Assembly: GCF_902459465.1 (NCBI RefSeq)
Contig: NC_047070.1
Location: 8,618,001-8,682,000, forward strand
From: Asterias rubens
Taxonomy: Eukaryota
DNA: 64,000 bases
Direction of reading: 5' to 3'
Made by a program: the position numbers and the translations under genes. The notes under the pieces are model-generated. The model ran no database searches. It was not told the DNA's origin and saw nothing but the letters and a program-made list of their open reading frames with translations. Positions 38,557 through 51,816 of the stretch are shown here, piece by piece (position 1 is the first letter of the stretch; every line of letters starts with the position of its first letter).

Positions 38557-38826
38557 CACTGAGCGACAAGAAGGTACACAATGAATAGGATTCTTCATGA
38601 GAGGTTGATAGATGGGGGTGGTGTTACATTGAGTGATGGGGGGGGGCGTGTAGGTATTCAATCAGATTCAAAGACTTTACATCCACCAGACAATACTTTC
38701 TTTTCTTCATTTACTATATGTGTTTATTAAAGTTTTTTTTTTACACATTAGTTGTCTTCCCTTTTGAAACTTTGCAAAGACTGCATTAGACCAATACAAA
38801 TAACACATTACCAATGAGTACATCAA

Positions 38827-38995
38827 NNNNNNNNNNNNNNNNNNNNNNNNNNNNNNNNNNNNNNNNNNNNNNNNNNNNNNNNNNNNNNNNNNNNNNNNNN
38901 NNNNNNNNNNNNNNNNNNNNNNNNNNNNNNNNNNNNNNNNNNNNNNNNNNNNNNNNNNNNNNNNNNNNNNNNNNNNNNNNNNNNNNNNNNNNNNN
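38827..38995. other. Assembly gap (169 N)
   Basis: Run of N. Confidence 1.
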
Positions 38996-39297
38996 AACCA
39001 AACAACAAACAAACAAACAACAAACAGGCAAACCAACCAACCATTAATTATTTCACTTCAAATAACTCTCTTTTTGAAAAATCAATTATTCTAGATAAAA
39101 GAACTCTTTTGTCTTATCTCAAGTAAAAATGTAACTCATCAACAGAATACCAACAAAAATCAAAAGGGCTAAGATTAACATGTGAATCTCTGTAATATTT
39201 GAAAACCTAAACCCAACAATTTGTTCACAAACAATTTCTGGTGATAGCTTCTCAAAAAAGCAGTATCATGAAACCGAAAGACCGTTTAGGAAAACGG

Positions 39298-39649
39298 ATA
39301 ATAATAATAATACACGGTTTTTATATAGAGCTTTTTCACGGGGTGTCTCAAAGCGCTTCCGACATTATTACCCCTGGTCACTGGGCCTTAAATCATTCCT
39401 TAAACCATCTCAGCTCCCTGAGGAGTATACAGCCTGTGCGACAATTATATGCGCTACATGGCTAAACCAATCACAAGAACTATCTCTGCCCTCACAGGTA
39501 CCCATTTACCCCTGGGTGGAGAGAAGCAATTATAGTTAAGTGTCTTGCTCAGGGACACAAGTGTCACGACCTGGATTCGAACCCACACTCTGCTGAACAG
39601 AAGCATCAGAGCTTGAGTTTGGTGCTCTTATCCACTCGGCCACGACACC
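39298..39649 (-). mobile_element. tRNA-derived SINE (family a-related)
   Basis: GGTGTCGTGGCCGAGTGG A box, GGTTCGAATCC B box, same central block, ATT tail. Confidence 0.85.
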
Positions 39650-41203
39650 CCGAAGAGCAACAACTTCTGCAATGAGCCCAAGTGTGTTGATATAATGTTG
39701 GGCGATATACTTTATCATCTTATATGTGTGGAAGTGTGACATGGGTCATGAGAAATTCCTCTCCAATCCTAACAAATCACAAGATTAAAGACCGATCCCC
39801 CTTGTCTAGTTGACCATTTATCATCCTGTAAGTATAATCAAAGCCTGACAAAATCTAATAAACAAGACCTAGCTTGGTTTGCCGACTCCAAGAGAAAATG
39901 CATAGTGGTACATGAGGCTCAAGTCTGATGATTTGCACGCTTGTTGCACTCCGTAACAAATTGTTACTCCCTGTACGTTGCATTTGGGTTTACTGCACTT
40001 GATTATGAGAGTGTGCATGGAGTGTGTTTGGTTGACATTCCGTTTTCAGACATTCAACGAAGCCGCATTTTGAGGGTAGAAACCTTAAATTAACATAAAT
40101 TATAAATCAATGTTTGCATATATAATCTCATTGTCGAGCTCTGATTGAGGGTTTGCACCACAGAGTAATTAGTAATAACAATAATAATAATCACAAGCAT
40201 TTATATAGCGCTAAATCTGTTATTAAATAATGCTCAGAGGCGTTAAATTACGTAAAAAAAAAATGAAGTACTTCAAGCTCCCTTTGAGCTTGTTGAGGTT
40301 TTGAAAAAAGGAAAAAGAGAGAGAAGAAAATTGAACCTCCTCCAACCAAGTGAGAGTCAAGACAATAACTATTATGAGTAGATGTGGCCTTAGCAGTTGC
40401 AAACAGCTGGTTCAACATTGCCATTGCGGCCACCATCGGCCATTTTATATGATTCTCTTTCAACGAAAAAGGTCATAGTTAGGGTCATGTTCTGAACTTA
40501 AAAATTGATTTTTTTTTTTCGGTGGGGTCATACTCTTGATAACCTCTAAAACAAAATAAGATTTTTGCTTTATATTTATATATTATACAAATATTTTTTT
40601 ACTAGAAAAGGGTAGTTAGTTCGAAAAAATTAAAGAGTTTCGAAAAAGCAAAGTCACACACCCTTGGCAGTATGGATCATTTAAACTGTGACATCACATG
40701 TTTACAAACATGACAAAAGGAGCCACAGAGCCTGGGGTTCCGGCAGTCACGTTTTGTAGGCCTACATACCTCCGTAAAGACCACATAAAATCTCACATTT
40801 TCATGCAGATTGCACCGTACCGCTTTCATCAACTTTTGCCATGAACAAAAAAAGGGGTACTGTAAATTGCATAACTTTACAGCTGGAGTTTTGTTTTAAT
40901 TTGTGAACTTAAAGGTGGTAAGTAGGATGAGAAATGTAAAATTTCCCATGTGGCCCGTGCAGTATCTTGCCTGCCAGGAAATGCCCTGGAATGTACAAAG
41001 CCACATTGTACAAAGTGTACAGAAATTCTAAAGAATCCAATAAAAAATGATTCAGAACAATTTCCATCTGAAGTCTTGAACAAAAAAATAGTTAAATCTT
41101 TCTTTTCAGAAATGAAACTTGAAAACAAACGTGTTTACTCCAAAAATTTTATGAAATTAATGCTTTTTGGGGGACACTATACACTACCGGTTTTTCTCTG
41201 CCG

Positions 41204-41353
41204 TCATAGAAATATAGGGTGAATCTGTCGCATGGTGAGCTTAGTTCTACACGTTGGGCACCGGTGTTGATTCCCTATTGCACTTCGGATGCACTGGTTG
41301 CAGAAGATGTGTCCGCATATTGTTGATGTCAGCCGTAGACCATTGGCACGAAT
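41204..41353 (-). CDS. RNF4: RNF4 last coding exon (IRANGLRLTSTICGHIFCNQCIRSAIGNQHRCPTCRTKLTMRQIHPIFL*)
   Basis: C3HC4 RING remainder: STxCGHxFCxxC...CPTCR and the HPIFL end (human RNF4: STECGHVFCSQC...CPTCRKK...HPIYI). Confidence 0.96.
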   Translation of the reverse strand: MRANGLRLTSTICGHIFCNQCIRSAIGNQHRCPTCRTKLTMRQIHPIFL

Positions 41354-41477
41354 CTGTTTGGAAACCGTAAATGAAATATCATAAGAACTTCTGTGCCAAC
41401 AAAAGTATCATAAACTTGTACAATTGGTATGGAGTAAAATGACACTTAATTTAGTGATATGGAATTATTAGTAGAGA

Positions 41478-41860
41478 TTAAAGACAGTGGACACTATTGG
41501 TAATTGTCAAACACTAGTCTTCAAAGTTGCTGTATCTCAACATATGCATAAAATAACAAGCCTGTGAAAATTTGAGCTCAATCAGTCGTCGAAGTTGCGA
41601 GATAATAATGAAAGAAAAAACACCCTTGTCACACGAAGTTTTGTGCTTTCTGATGCTTGATTTCGAGACCTCAAATTCTAAACTTGAGGTCTCTAAATCA
41701 AATTCCTGAAAATTATTTCTTGTAAAACTACGTTCACTTCAGAGGGAGCTGTTTCTCACATTGTTTTATACTATCAACCTCTCCCCATTACTCGTAATCA
41801 AGAAAGGTTTTATGATGATAATATTTTTGAGTAATTACCAATAGAGTCCACTACCTTTAA
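41478..41860. mobile_element. MITE family A, orientation A (RNF4 last intron)
   Basis: Same TIRs, TTAA flanks. Confidence 0.85.
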
Positions 41861-43125
41861 ACAAAGTAGTTACACTCATCTTACAATTCAGTCGCATGCA
41901 TGTTTTTAACACTACATACGTAATGTGGACCTGAAAACAAACGAGGTCCACATAATGTAGGATCTTAAAAACACTATGTGGACGTACACACGTCCACACA
42001 GTTATTTACAGTGTTGCTGAATAGGATTTTCTTTAAGTGCTCAGAACAAAGGAATGTCCATACAGTAGCTCCATGCTGCAACACAGAGCTGTTTGTGTAA
42101 GTGCGGGCGTATATTTATGTAAAAGCCAAAATCTTGTTACGGAATGAAAATAGTAACAAAGAAAAAGAGTAAAATATGATGATAAACTTGGAACAGGAAA
42201 GACTGATCATAGAGGAGTGAGGAGCTGAACGTTTAATAAAGCTGCTATAAGCACAACAAGCTGCTAATCACAAAACATTTGTGCTTACCACCATAAACAT
42301 ATGTATTACCAGCCAAAATACCATATCATGTCCCACCATTTTTGACTGGTTTGCTGCTAATTTTTGCTTAGCTGCTGGTAATAGACCCTTCCCATAAAAT
42401 ATGTAAATTGCACATAGCGCGTGCGCACTAACGTTTTGGTTGGCAAAATGAGGGAACATCGCGCTGTTTTGTACACGGCTAATGGGTGCAGGACGCAGAC
42501 GCGATTGCTGCTTAGTGCACAACTCTATGGCGTTTGCCAACCAACAGGGTCTGTACGCATGCGTGAATGTGATTAGCATATTTCATGGGAAGGGTCCATT
42601 GTATGACTCTTCAATCGACTGGAGGAAAAGAAAACCTGCCAACACCTTATTGACAATCTTAGGATGAAACTGGTAATGAAATTTCTATGTGGTGACTCTC
42701 CTATCATGAAGGGAAAATATCACATCGCCTAGCCTGCATTGGGACTCTATATTCTTCTACTTTTCCTCTGTGCTTCTATCAAGAGAATTTCAACAAGGTA
42801 GTGCAGGGCCCAGTGATAACCCTGATATCTTTTCAAATACATCAATGACATAAACCAGCCGGAAGATCACATATAAATAGTGAGAATGTCAGATACGGCA
42901 AAAAGGTGTCGGGCCGAACCAGAAGTAACATAATCCAGCCAGATGTGATTTATCCATGCAGCTCAAATTCTTCTACACGACAGGCTGATGACATTTCAAA
43001 AAGATATATATATATATGATGGAGCGAAAAAAATACAATCCGAAACTAAGCAAGACAGCTGCTGTGGTCAAACTAGACAATCCTCATCTCAGCCCTGAGG
43101 GCAGAAGTTATTACAACATGAAACA

Positions 43126-43397
43126 GGTGTATTGGTGATTGGGAGGAGGGGGGGGGGGTAGGGGACAGGCGGATGTAACCAGTCCCAACTGGTATCAACC
43201 TCTCACAACTGGGATCTTCTTCATACAAGTGCCCAGGCCTGCATGCTTCGGTTCTGAAAGTGCAAGGGTTAAGGTTAGGGTGTATTGATGATGAGGAAGG
43301 GGTGGGGGGGGGGGGGGCAGAGGACAGGTGGCACGCACCCGGTCTCAACCGGTCTCAACCACTCACAACTGGGATCTTCTTGATACAAACGCCCAGG
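43126..43397 (+). repeat. Local ~150-bp duplication with poly-G runs
   Basis: ggtgtatt...G-run...ggacagg...ctcacaactgggatcttctt.atacaa..gcccagg at 43126-43237 and 43279-43397. Confidence 0.75.
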
Positions 43398-43564
43398 GGT
43401 CGATTTCACGAAAGTTAGGACCCGTCTTATCTCGAGTTAGGACGAGTAACTCGTCCTAACTTAGGATTAATCTAAAGGTCTGCATGCTACAGTGCAGGGT
43501 TGGGACTCGTCCTAAGTCCTAAGATTAGTCTTAAGTTAGGAAGAGTTTTTTTGAAATCGGGGCC
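43396..43564. mobile_element. MITE family F
   Basis: ggggtcgatttcac...gaaatcggggcc. Confidence 0.75.
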
Positions 43565-44490
43565 AGGTCTTGTATGCTTTGGTTTTTAAAGTGCAGGGCA
43601 CCAAGGCATTTTCTCCTTGGTAAAGGGCACTCAATGAGGAAATTAAAAACATTTTTACTGGAGCATTTCATGGGCACCAAGGCATGGAGGCAACTGCCTT
43701 CATTGCCTCCTGAAGTATCAGGCCTGAACGCCCACTGCAGCTTTATTGTCTGTTTGGGATGTGAAAGCAAAGGGGGGAGGGGAGGGCTGATGTGTAGGCC
43801 ACAGGGAGGCACACATCACTCATGACATTCTTCAGTTAACAGATTGTTTATTTAAAGAAATTGTAAGCTGGAGTAAAGATATTTGGGGTATTTTCTTCAG
43901 GGGTGGAACAAATAACACAAAGATTCCATGTAAATGTAGGGATTGGTCAAAATCTTACCAGAACCCATCTACCAAGGTAAATCTGAAAGTTCATCACTAT
44001 CAGCTGAAATACTTCAGTTAGATCACAATATTTATGACGTAAACAAAAAAAATCATAAATATTGACGTTAAAAAAAAAAAAATCATAAATATATGTAAGA
44101 ACGATAAGTAATAACAGGATTTCTTTTTTTTTCAATAATTGTTTAAAAAGAGAAACTCCACATTAAACAGTTTTGTCTCCAAACTTTTAACACACGCCAT
44201 CGATTAGACAGTGTACATGGTACTCGGCTGAATAGCTATTAAATAGTTCAGTATTCAAAAGTAACTTTATTAATGTATGAGGTTTAAGAGCAGGTCTGTA
44301 ATTCAAGGGAGACCATGACCTCTGGTGACCTGGTCTTGGCCATTGTACCTTTTCAAAGATTCCTCTTACATTTTCAAATGGCAGTGTTGCAAAACCAAAA
44401 AAGCCTGGCATTCTCACAAATGAACAATCAGGCCCGCCGAGAGAGGAAAGTTGAGACATTGAAATAACAGAAAGAAGAGTTGCAGCCTAC

Positions 44491-44581
44491 CCGAGTTTCA
44501 CTCTCCATACAGACGGGGCATTTGACTTCTTTTCTACATGGACTTTCCTCGGTGGGTGGCATATCCTCTGCATGCTCAGTC
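44491..44581 (-). CDS. RNF4: RNF4 coding exon 4 (W-TEHAEDMPPTEESPCRKEVKCPVCMESETR)
   Basis: ctctttttcag acceptor, CGG|GTAGGC donor. First CxxC of the RING; phase 2/0. Confidence 0.92.
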
Positions 44582-45841
44582 CTGAAAAAGAGCAGATACA
44601 AAAAAAAAGTAAGGTTTTAAATTCCCCCTTTGCAAATTGATGATTGCCAAACTAGACAGGGCAAGCATGCAGGTCCCTGTGTGTCTGAAGATGATAAGAA
44701 TTCCATCAGACAGTGAACATACTCAGAGTCCGAGTTCATAGAGCTGGTTGGGTAACAAATATTGCTTACCAATTTTTTTAAGCAGGATACCAGTTACATT
44801 TTGTACGTATGTGCAATATGGTATTTTAGATGGTAACCTGTTTCTCGTAAGCATAATTTGGTTATGCTGAGCAGTGAGCAACCTTTTATGCTTTAAAAGC
44901 AACCCTAAGAATTTGGGCTAAGGATCCAGTTTCGTAGAGCTGCTTTGAAAGCAGACAATCAAGATTTAAAATTTTCTGCTAAGCAGGAATAAGCAGGAAA
45001 CCAGTCTCAAATAGTACATGTGACATGGGCCCAATTTCATAGAGCTGGTTAAGCACGACAAGTACCTAAGCACAACACAATTAAACTTACTAGAATACAG
45101 TTACCAGCCAAACTACCATGTCACATGTACAATATGTGGCTGGTAGCCTGCTCATATATGCTAAGCAGAATCTTGTTAAGAAATATTTTGTGATTGAGCA
45201 ACTCTATGATGGGCCCTGTTATTTTGGCTGGTTATCCTGTTCAGGTAAGCATATTTTTGTATACGTGCTTAAGCGCCTCTATAAAATATGGGACCAGCAG
45301 ACGATTTTACTAAACGCTCGAGTTAGGAAGAGTAACCCGTCCTAACTTAGGATGGGTTCAATGCATCCTAACATCTTTGGATTTAAGTCCTAATATTCAT
45401 CCTAAGTTAGGAAGAGTTTGGTGAAATCAACGGCAGGATGGTGGCAGACAGATTGCATCCCTATACCTACATTGGTAGCCCAAGGTCCCCATGGGGGTGG
45501 TCTTGGTAGATATCAACACATTCTTCAACTGTAATGATCGGACGTTGTCTGCTGTAGGTTCTTCAATTGATTTCATCTGACAGTCACATGTGACTCGACA
45601 CCACCACATTAATGTCACCTGCTATCATTCTGATTTGGGCATGCTGACTCTGGGTGTCGTTAACTGAGGGTTAACTACCCCCTAACAAAAACACACACCA
45701 TCTACACGTCATCTTAAAACATTTTGCCAGCCATTCCCAAGTGCGTTCCCATCTAAAAATTGAACCCTTAATCATGGAAGTAACATTACTAAAAACCAAT
45801 TCAACTCTAAACTGACAAACATTACTAGAGAATAATACATG

Positions 45842-46146
45842 CAGGGGTGGAAATTGCCACTAGCCCGCTAGCCCGGGACTACCAGATTTACAACCGGGCT
45901 ACTCATTTATCCAGTTAGATAGCCCGGCGGGCTAGTGGAAAAATAATGCAAAAAACCAACATCATAAACAATAATGAGCAGTGCTGACGATATAGTAAAG
46001 TGAAAAAAACTTTCAGTGGCCAATTTGTGCTGTGACTCCAGACGTAATGTGTTTTTCTACCTACCAAAATCTCATCAGGGCTACTAAAAATTCTGGGTTA
46101 CTAGCCCAGCTGACTACCATGAAAATACACTTAATTTCGACCCCTG
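45842..46146. mobile_element. hAT-like MITE
   Basis: CAGGGGTGGAAATT...AATTTCGACCCCTG; subterminal TAGCCCG/CGGGCTA repeats; TACATG repeated on both flanks. Confidence 0.7.
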
Positions 46147-46217
46147 TACATGTAACCCATATCAATCCTTGAATTACACAAAGACCCATTGGCCTCTATG
46201 GGGAATGGTGGACACTA

Positions 46218-47185
46218 CAGGGTGTTTTAAAAAAAAAGTGTACATTTTGAAAAATGTATCCCAATTGGATTTTTTATAAGTTTACAAACATTTGGCACTA
46301 AGAATTGGTGGACAAAGGTCATAGCTTTTTAATTTCTACCAAATCAATCCTCAGCTGTTCCGCATGAGTGAGCACTAGCTAGTTACTTTTGTCAGATTTT
46401 AATTGGCTTGCGCACAAAAGTGAAAGGATTTTAACCGAATCAAACACCTTAGTAGGGAAGGTGGGGTATGTGCTTTGCTGCTCACAAACTTTCAATGATG
46501 TGACATGACAGAATGTCAAGCATTGGTATAAACTGCTAGTCATCTCTGTACATTTCAACATTTATGCACTGAATTGAGTACTTTTGTAACATGGTTCGTC
46601 CACCGTATACACACCACAACAGAGATCCTTTCTGGTATCAGAGTACCTTCAAACTAACAGCGTCTCTGCAGTGCTTCAAGGGTTCCGACAAACATTCGCT
46701 GTTCAACACGAGTAACACTTTACACAAATGTTGAGAAGTACCAGGCTACTGGTGCAAGACGGAATCTGACAAAAAAAACGATCTGGTCGACCAATAACTG
46801 GTCGATCTGCTGCAAACATCCAATGTTGCATTTCTCATGATGATTTCTATTTGGTCTGCGTCCGAACTTGGTAGACTCATGAGGGACTGAGGGTTCATCC
46901 GATTTCTAAGTAAATTTGTGAGCAGCAAAGCACATGCTTCACCTTCCCTACTACGGTGTTTGATTGTGTTAAAATCCTTTCACTTTTGTGCGCAAGCCAA
47001 TTAAAATCTGACAAAAGTAATTAGCTAGTGCTCACTCATGCGGAACAGCTGAGGATCTATTTGGTAGAAATTAAAAAGCTATGACCTTGATTCACCAATA
47101 CTTAGTGCCAGATTTTTGAAAACCTAAAAAAAAATCCTTTTGGGATACATTTTTCAAAATGTATACTTTTTTTTTAAACACCCTG
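46218..47185 (+). mobile_element. Tc1/mariner-superfamily internal-deletion derivative with ~290-bp TIRs
   Basis: TA-CAGGGTGTTT...AAACACCCTG-TA. The interior encodes a frameshifted transposase N-terminus (MVRPPYT/PQQRSFLVSEYLQTNSVSAVLQGFRQTF...VEKYQATG...KRSGRPITGRSAANIQ), resembling DUF4817-type HTH domains. Confidence 0.85.
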
Positions 47186-47780
47186 TATAGAAGTGCACTG
47201 TTTGCTGTTGGTATACAGATAAATTTACCCAAAACGAATAGTGTTATGGTGTTGTGTCCACCATACCCCAAAATGGCTTATGGAAGCCATGGCCTCTGTT
47301 GCACCTTCAAAGGTTTCTGACAGACTTTAAGATTTTTCCTTTGAAAGTGCCCTGTGCAAAAGAAAATGGCTTTGTCCTCTCAAAGATACAATTCACCAGC
47401 TCAAACAGCGCCCTCACACTGAGCCAAATATAGACCTTTCATACGCCTTTCTTAATATTTATGCATGAGGTACGTCACAATGCTAATCCAAAACAAGGCG
47501 ATAGCCGCAGCCACTGCAAGTGATGGGGGACGTGCGCCCATAGCCTCATTTTGGGTAAGAATTATGACGTCATGCATTTGTAAGTATTAAGAGAGGCGTA
47601 TTGGCTGAGATTTGTGCATGGTGTGTACACACGCTCGTGTTCCCATCATTTGACTGCGTCATAGGTCTTTTTGTACAATCTGTTTTTCCAGGAACCATCT
47701 AGTCTGAAATCATTTTGTATTTGTGAACTCAACACACAAATGTTTAAACTGTGATCTGTTGGCATACGGTGAACTCGTCA

Positions 47781-47968
47781 GGGCCCAATTTCATAACAGG
47801 AAATATTTCTTAAAACAATTTTCTGCTTACAATAAAGGAGCAGGATACCAGTCTTAAACAGTACAGGTGAAAATTGTATTTTGGCTGGTAACCTTATTCT
47901 GGTAGGCATAATATTTCATGTACAGGTAGCTTCTTTTTGTTCTTTAGCAGCTCTATGAAATTGGGCCC
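47781..47968. mobile_element. MITE family G
   Basis: gggcccaatttcata...tatgaaattgggccc. Confidence 0.75.
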
Positions 47969-48068
47969 AGATAATAGGTACGCTGCATATTGGGGTGGGG
48001 GTTTGGGGAGGGAGGGAGTTCTAACAGAAGCCTTTTGAATACACAAACACAAGTGACCTTTGACGTAC

Positions 48069-48234
48069 CATGGTAAGGTTCTATTAACGCTGACAGGTGG
48101 CGATATCTGTAAGTCTATGATCTCATTGTGTACTACCTCATTCTCTCCATCACTGTCAATGGTAATATCACTACTGCTGGAGTATGGACTGTTTAGCCGA
48201 GCCTGTCTGATATGTCTAGTCCGTCTTGATCTCA
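48069..48234 (-). CDS. RNF4: RNF4 coding exon 3 (V-RSRRTRHIRQARLNSPYSSSSDITIDSDGENEVVHNEIIDLQISPPVSVNRTLP)
   Basis: Long pyrimidine tract ending catcag, TG|GTACGT donor. SIM-like ITIDSD and IIDLQ; phase 1/2. Confidence 0.85.
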
Positions 48235-50138
48235 CTGATGACAATAGAAAAAGAAAAGATAACACTAAAAACAGTATACACAGCATTGGTGAGATTGAAA
48301 ATATCAATGCCCACAGATTAACATATAACTTTCCATAGTCTTGGTGGAAAACGTCGCTCGAGAAATTAGTGACATAATTGGTTTTGATCTCGAGAGCCAA
48401 AAATTTGATTGCAAACAAGGAAAACATGGTTGTTAACTTCTCTTTCCATAATTTTCTTGTGACTTTGATGATTGGTTGAGGAAAAACTTTCACAGGTTTG
48501 TTATTTCATATTTATGTCCGGGCACAAAAAGCATGAATGACCGGTACTATGGTCTTTGATAATAACCAATGTTGTCTAGGTGCTTTGAAGAAAATGTTTA
48601 CACAATTGCCTAGCCTCTCAAAGTGTCAGCAATAAGTTTATGCACATTCTGTATCTAGTCAGTATAGTTGTTCATAGAGAAAGTGTCTTTGATTCTGTGC
48701 TATCTACATGTAGTGATGATATTCCTCGTATTTAGAACCATTCATGCAAAAGAATAGAACCAAAATGGATGTTTTCGTTTATTTCTTGTTGGTAAATTTA
48801 GGAAAAGCTACATGTATGTCTGAATACTTTTCCAGTTGAAGAAAAATGTAACCTAGCCAATTTGAGGAGTGTCTTACTAACACATACATAAGTTAGAGTT
48901 TAAAGAATTCACATTTCCAGAATCCCCTTTCCTAACCCTTTCATATCATCAGCCACTCCCCCTCAACACATCCAAAGGGCAACGAGCCATTATGATGAAC
49001 AGCAACAATTTCATGAAATCACACGTCAATTTAAAATGTTAGCAAAACACTCATTATCGTCAGAGGCAGCTGTTTGGTGCAAATGGAATCGGTTGAAGAA
49101 AAAAAGTCTCCTTTTGACAGGAACCCCGAGAGTAAGTAAAAAGTGTAGAGCCCAGACAAAAATGCCTGGAATGTTTTCATCTCAGTCTGTTCCGCATGAG
49201 TGGCATGCGGATGATTGATGAGAATAAGGCAGTGAAGATTACATATCTGGGTTATATTCGGCTACTGATTGGGGTGTCGGATCCAGTAACGATGGGGCGG
49301 GACTAGGAAGGAGGTATAAAGGGGACAGGTGGTATCGGGAACTAAAAGTACACAACGTCCATGGAAAAGGCCTCAAAATGAGTCACGGCACCCACAGCAA
49401 TCGCCTTGGTGCCCTTTGCTTTTGCTGTGATGCACTGTGCAACGTTCAGGCCTGATACTTAACAGAGGAAATGAAGGCGATTGCCTCTATGCCCCCTGGT
49501 CATTGCCTTGGGGCCCCAGTAGAAATTTATGATTTCTTCATAGGTGCCCTTAACCAAGGAGAAATCGCCTTTGTGCCTGTGCCCTTTCAAAAATGAAGCA
49601 TAAAGGCCTGTAGGTTCCTGTATAAGTTTACATTTTCCTTAGAGGTCTCCCTTACCAGAGGGAAATTACTGTGCCCCGTCAAGAGCAGATTTAAGGCTTG
49701 GCATCTTGGGTGTTTTTCAAGATCATCCCAGGACTAATAACTTTCAAACTATTGTGGGAGTTCTCCTGGAAGATGCCCAACATAAGAACAAAAAACACTG
49801 CAAAATCAATTACTCTCTTTTTAAGGTTAAATTTTCTAATGGTCTCCTGTTTGGTGCACAATCCAAAAAAACAGAAAAAAAATTAGAAAATATATAGTCT
49901 GACAGTGGTAAATAAAAAAGGAGCGGTTTCTTTTTCTTTTTGCGAAAATCACATATAAAAGGAAGCAAAACAAAACGCAATTTAGAAGCTTATTTGAGTG
50001 GATCATTATGTTTTACCTGAAGGCAACGTGTCCCAAAACAAACAGCTTTGTGAAATCAGACATCTTTTCCTTGCCTATAATGTGACTCATAAACTCCTGG
50101 AGGAGAACAAAATAAATAAATACAGAGATTTCACAGAC

Positions 50139-50288
50139 CTGGTTGGAGAACGACGGGCGGAGTGTCGGTGCATGTGAGATCAACAATCTCAGAGGAGATG
50201 AGACGAGATGAAGAGCGAGTTGTTTGACCTCCACGGGACGTGCTGGCTGGAGATTCTTCAGTAAGATCAACAAACGATGGAGGAGAAT
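50139..50288 (-). CDS. RNF4: RNF4 coding exon 2 (D-SPPSFVDLTEESPASTSRGGQTTRSSSRLISSEIVDLTCTDTPPVVLQP)
   Basis: Two V-D-L-T SIMs. Phase 1/1, compatible with both neighbours; ttgcag acceptor, CAG|GTCTGT donor. Confidence 0.88.
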
Positions 50289-50852
50289 CTGCAATCAGAC
50301 GTAAACAACCTTAGAAAAGTACATTGTACACTACCAGAGTGTATAGGTTCAGTTGAGGAGGATCCAGGATCCAGGGATGGTGTGGTCTTATTGGTGCAAG
50401 ACAGTGTTATGCACCTGTCCAGGGCCCAATTTCATAGAGCTGCTAAGCACAAAAATTTGCTTAGCATGAAATTTTAGCCTTGATTAAAACAGGGTTACCA
50501 ACCAAATTTTCGCGTGATTTTCAGGATTTAGCAAACAGGATTGGTTGGTAATCCTGTTTTTATCAAGGAAGACATTTTCATGCTAAGCAACTTTCTGTGG
50601 TTAGCAGCTATAGGAAAATGTGCCATGTATTCTTCATTTTTGACATGGCAAGGGCACCAAGGCATGTTCTCCTTGGTAAAGGACACCCTATGAGGAAACA
50701 GTAAATTTCTACTGGCACATTTCAAGGGCACCAAGGCAATGACCGAGGGCATCGAGGCAATCGCCTTTGTTGCCTCCGTGCAATACACTTTCACTCATCT
50801 ATGGCGATCCCCAGCTCCATGTTTCTTAGTGTTGACAACCATGGAACCCTAT

Positions 50853-51228
50853 TTAAAGACAGTGGACATTATTGGTAATTGTCAAAGACTAGTCTTCACA
50901 GTTGGTGTATCTCAACATATGCATAAAACAACAAGCCTGTGAAAATTTGAGCTCAATCGATCATCAAAGTTGCGAGATAATAATTAAAGAAAAAACACCC
51001 TTGTCAAACAAAGTTGTGTGCTTTCAGATGCTTGATTTCGAGACCTCCAATTCTAAATCTGAGGTCTCAAAATCAAATCCGTTGAAAATTACTTCTTTCT
51101 TGAAAACTCCATTACTTCAGAGGGAGCCGTTTCTCACAATGCTTTATACTATCAACCTCTCCCCATTACTTATAATCAAGAAAGGTTTTATGATAATCAT
51201 TATTTTGAGTAACTACCAATAGTGTCCA
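50853..51228. mobile_element. MITE family A, orientation A
   Basis: Same sequence; right terminus eroded. Confidence 0.8.
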
Positions 51229-51816
51229 ATTAGTTAAGGACTTGTGAATAAGCTGAAATGACTTGTTTAAGCTATGTGGTCCTGCTGGCTAGTCACTGAA
51301 AAAGTTAAAGGTAAAACCTGCTTTCAATACTTCAATTCAACTTTAATTTGGAAACTTTACAAATGAAGGTTTATGAAAACTGAGCACTTTTTAGGTCTAC
51401 TGTATCCTTGTACATGTACATGTAGTTCTTCCTCATTGTACATTTAACAGTGTCCTACACATTCTTCTCCATGGCACACCAGTAGAGGGCAGCATAACAA
51501 TTTCATGTCTATGATGATGCAACTGGGAATGCATAAAAGTACATGTAATTGATACAAAATACTCTTCAAAGAATTACACTTTGTCCGGGCCTACACGTAC
51601 ATGTACATGTAACTATAGGTTTACACAACATCCAGCTGATTCTTCACTTGGGATTGAACATTTATAACCTCGCTGTGTAAGTAGTGTACACATACGACAC
51701 TTGCATCTTTGAGCAAGCGAGGTTCTGTTGAAGAATGAGACTTTTGTTTTAAAAGTACATTTTAACAAAGGAATACTCCACAAAGCATAAATATGCAAAG
51801 AAGCAGTGTGTGTGTA

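Noticed and set aside
38707-39047. ORFs spanning the N run
   Set aside because: Artefacts of translating the assembly gap.
45471-45621. Selenoprotein-like reading frame with two in-frame TGA codons
   Set aside because: The segment is short and intronic, with no SECIS-like structure seen and no similarity to selenoproteins.
47894-48493. 199-aa ORF as a standalone membrane-protein gene
   Set aside because: Only 48069-48234 is exon (RNF4). The hydrophobic stretch is the intron pyrimidine tract and the tail runs into a MITE.
49205-49270. Box C/D snoRNA (TGATGA...CTGA)
   Set aside because: It is antisense to the host gene, has no terminal stem and has no recognisable rRNA guide.
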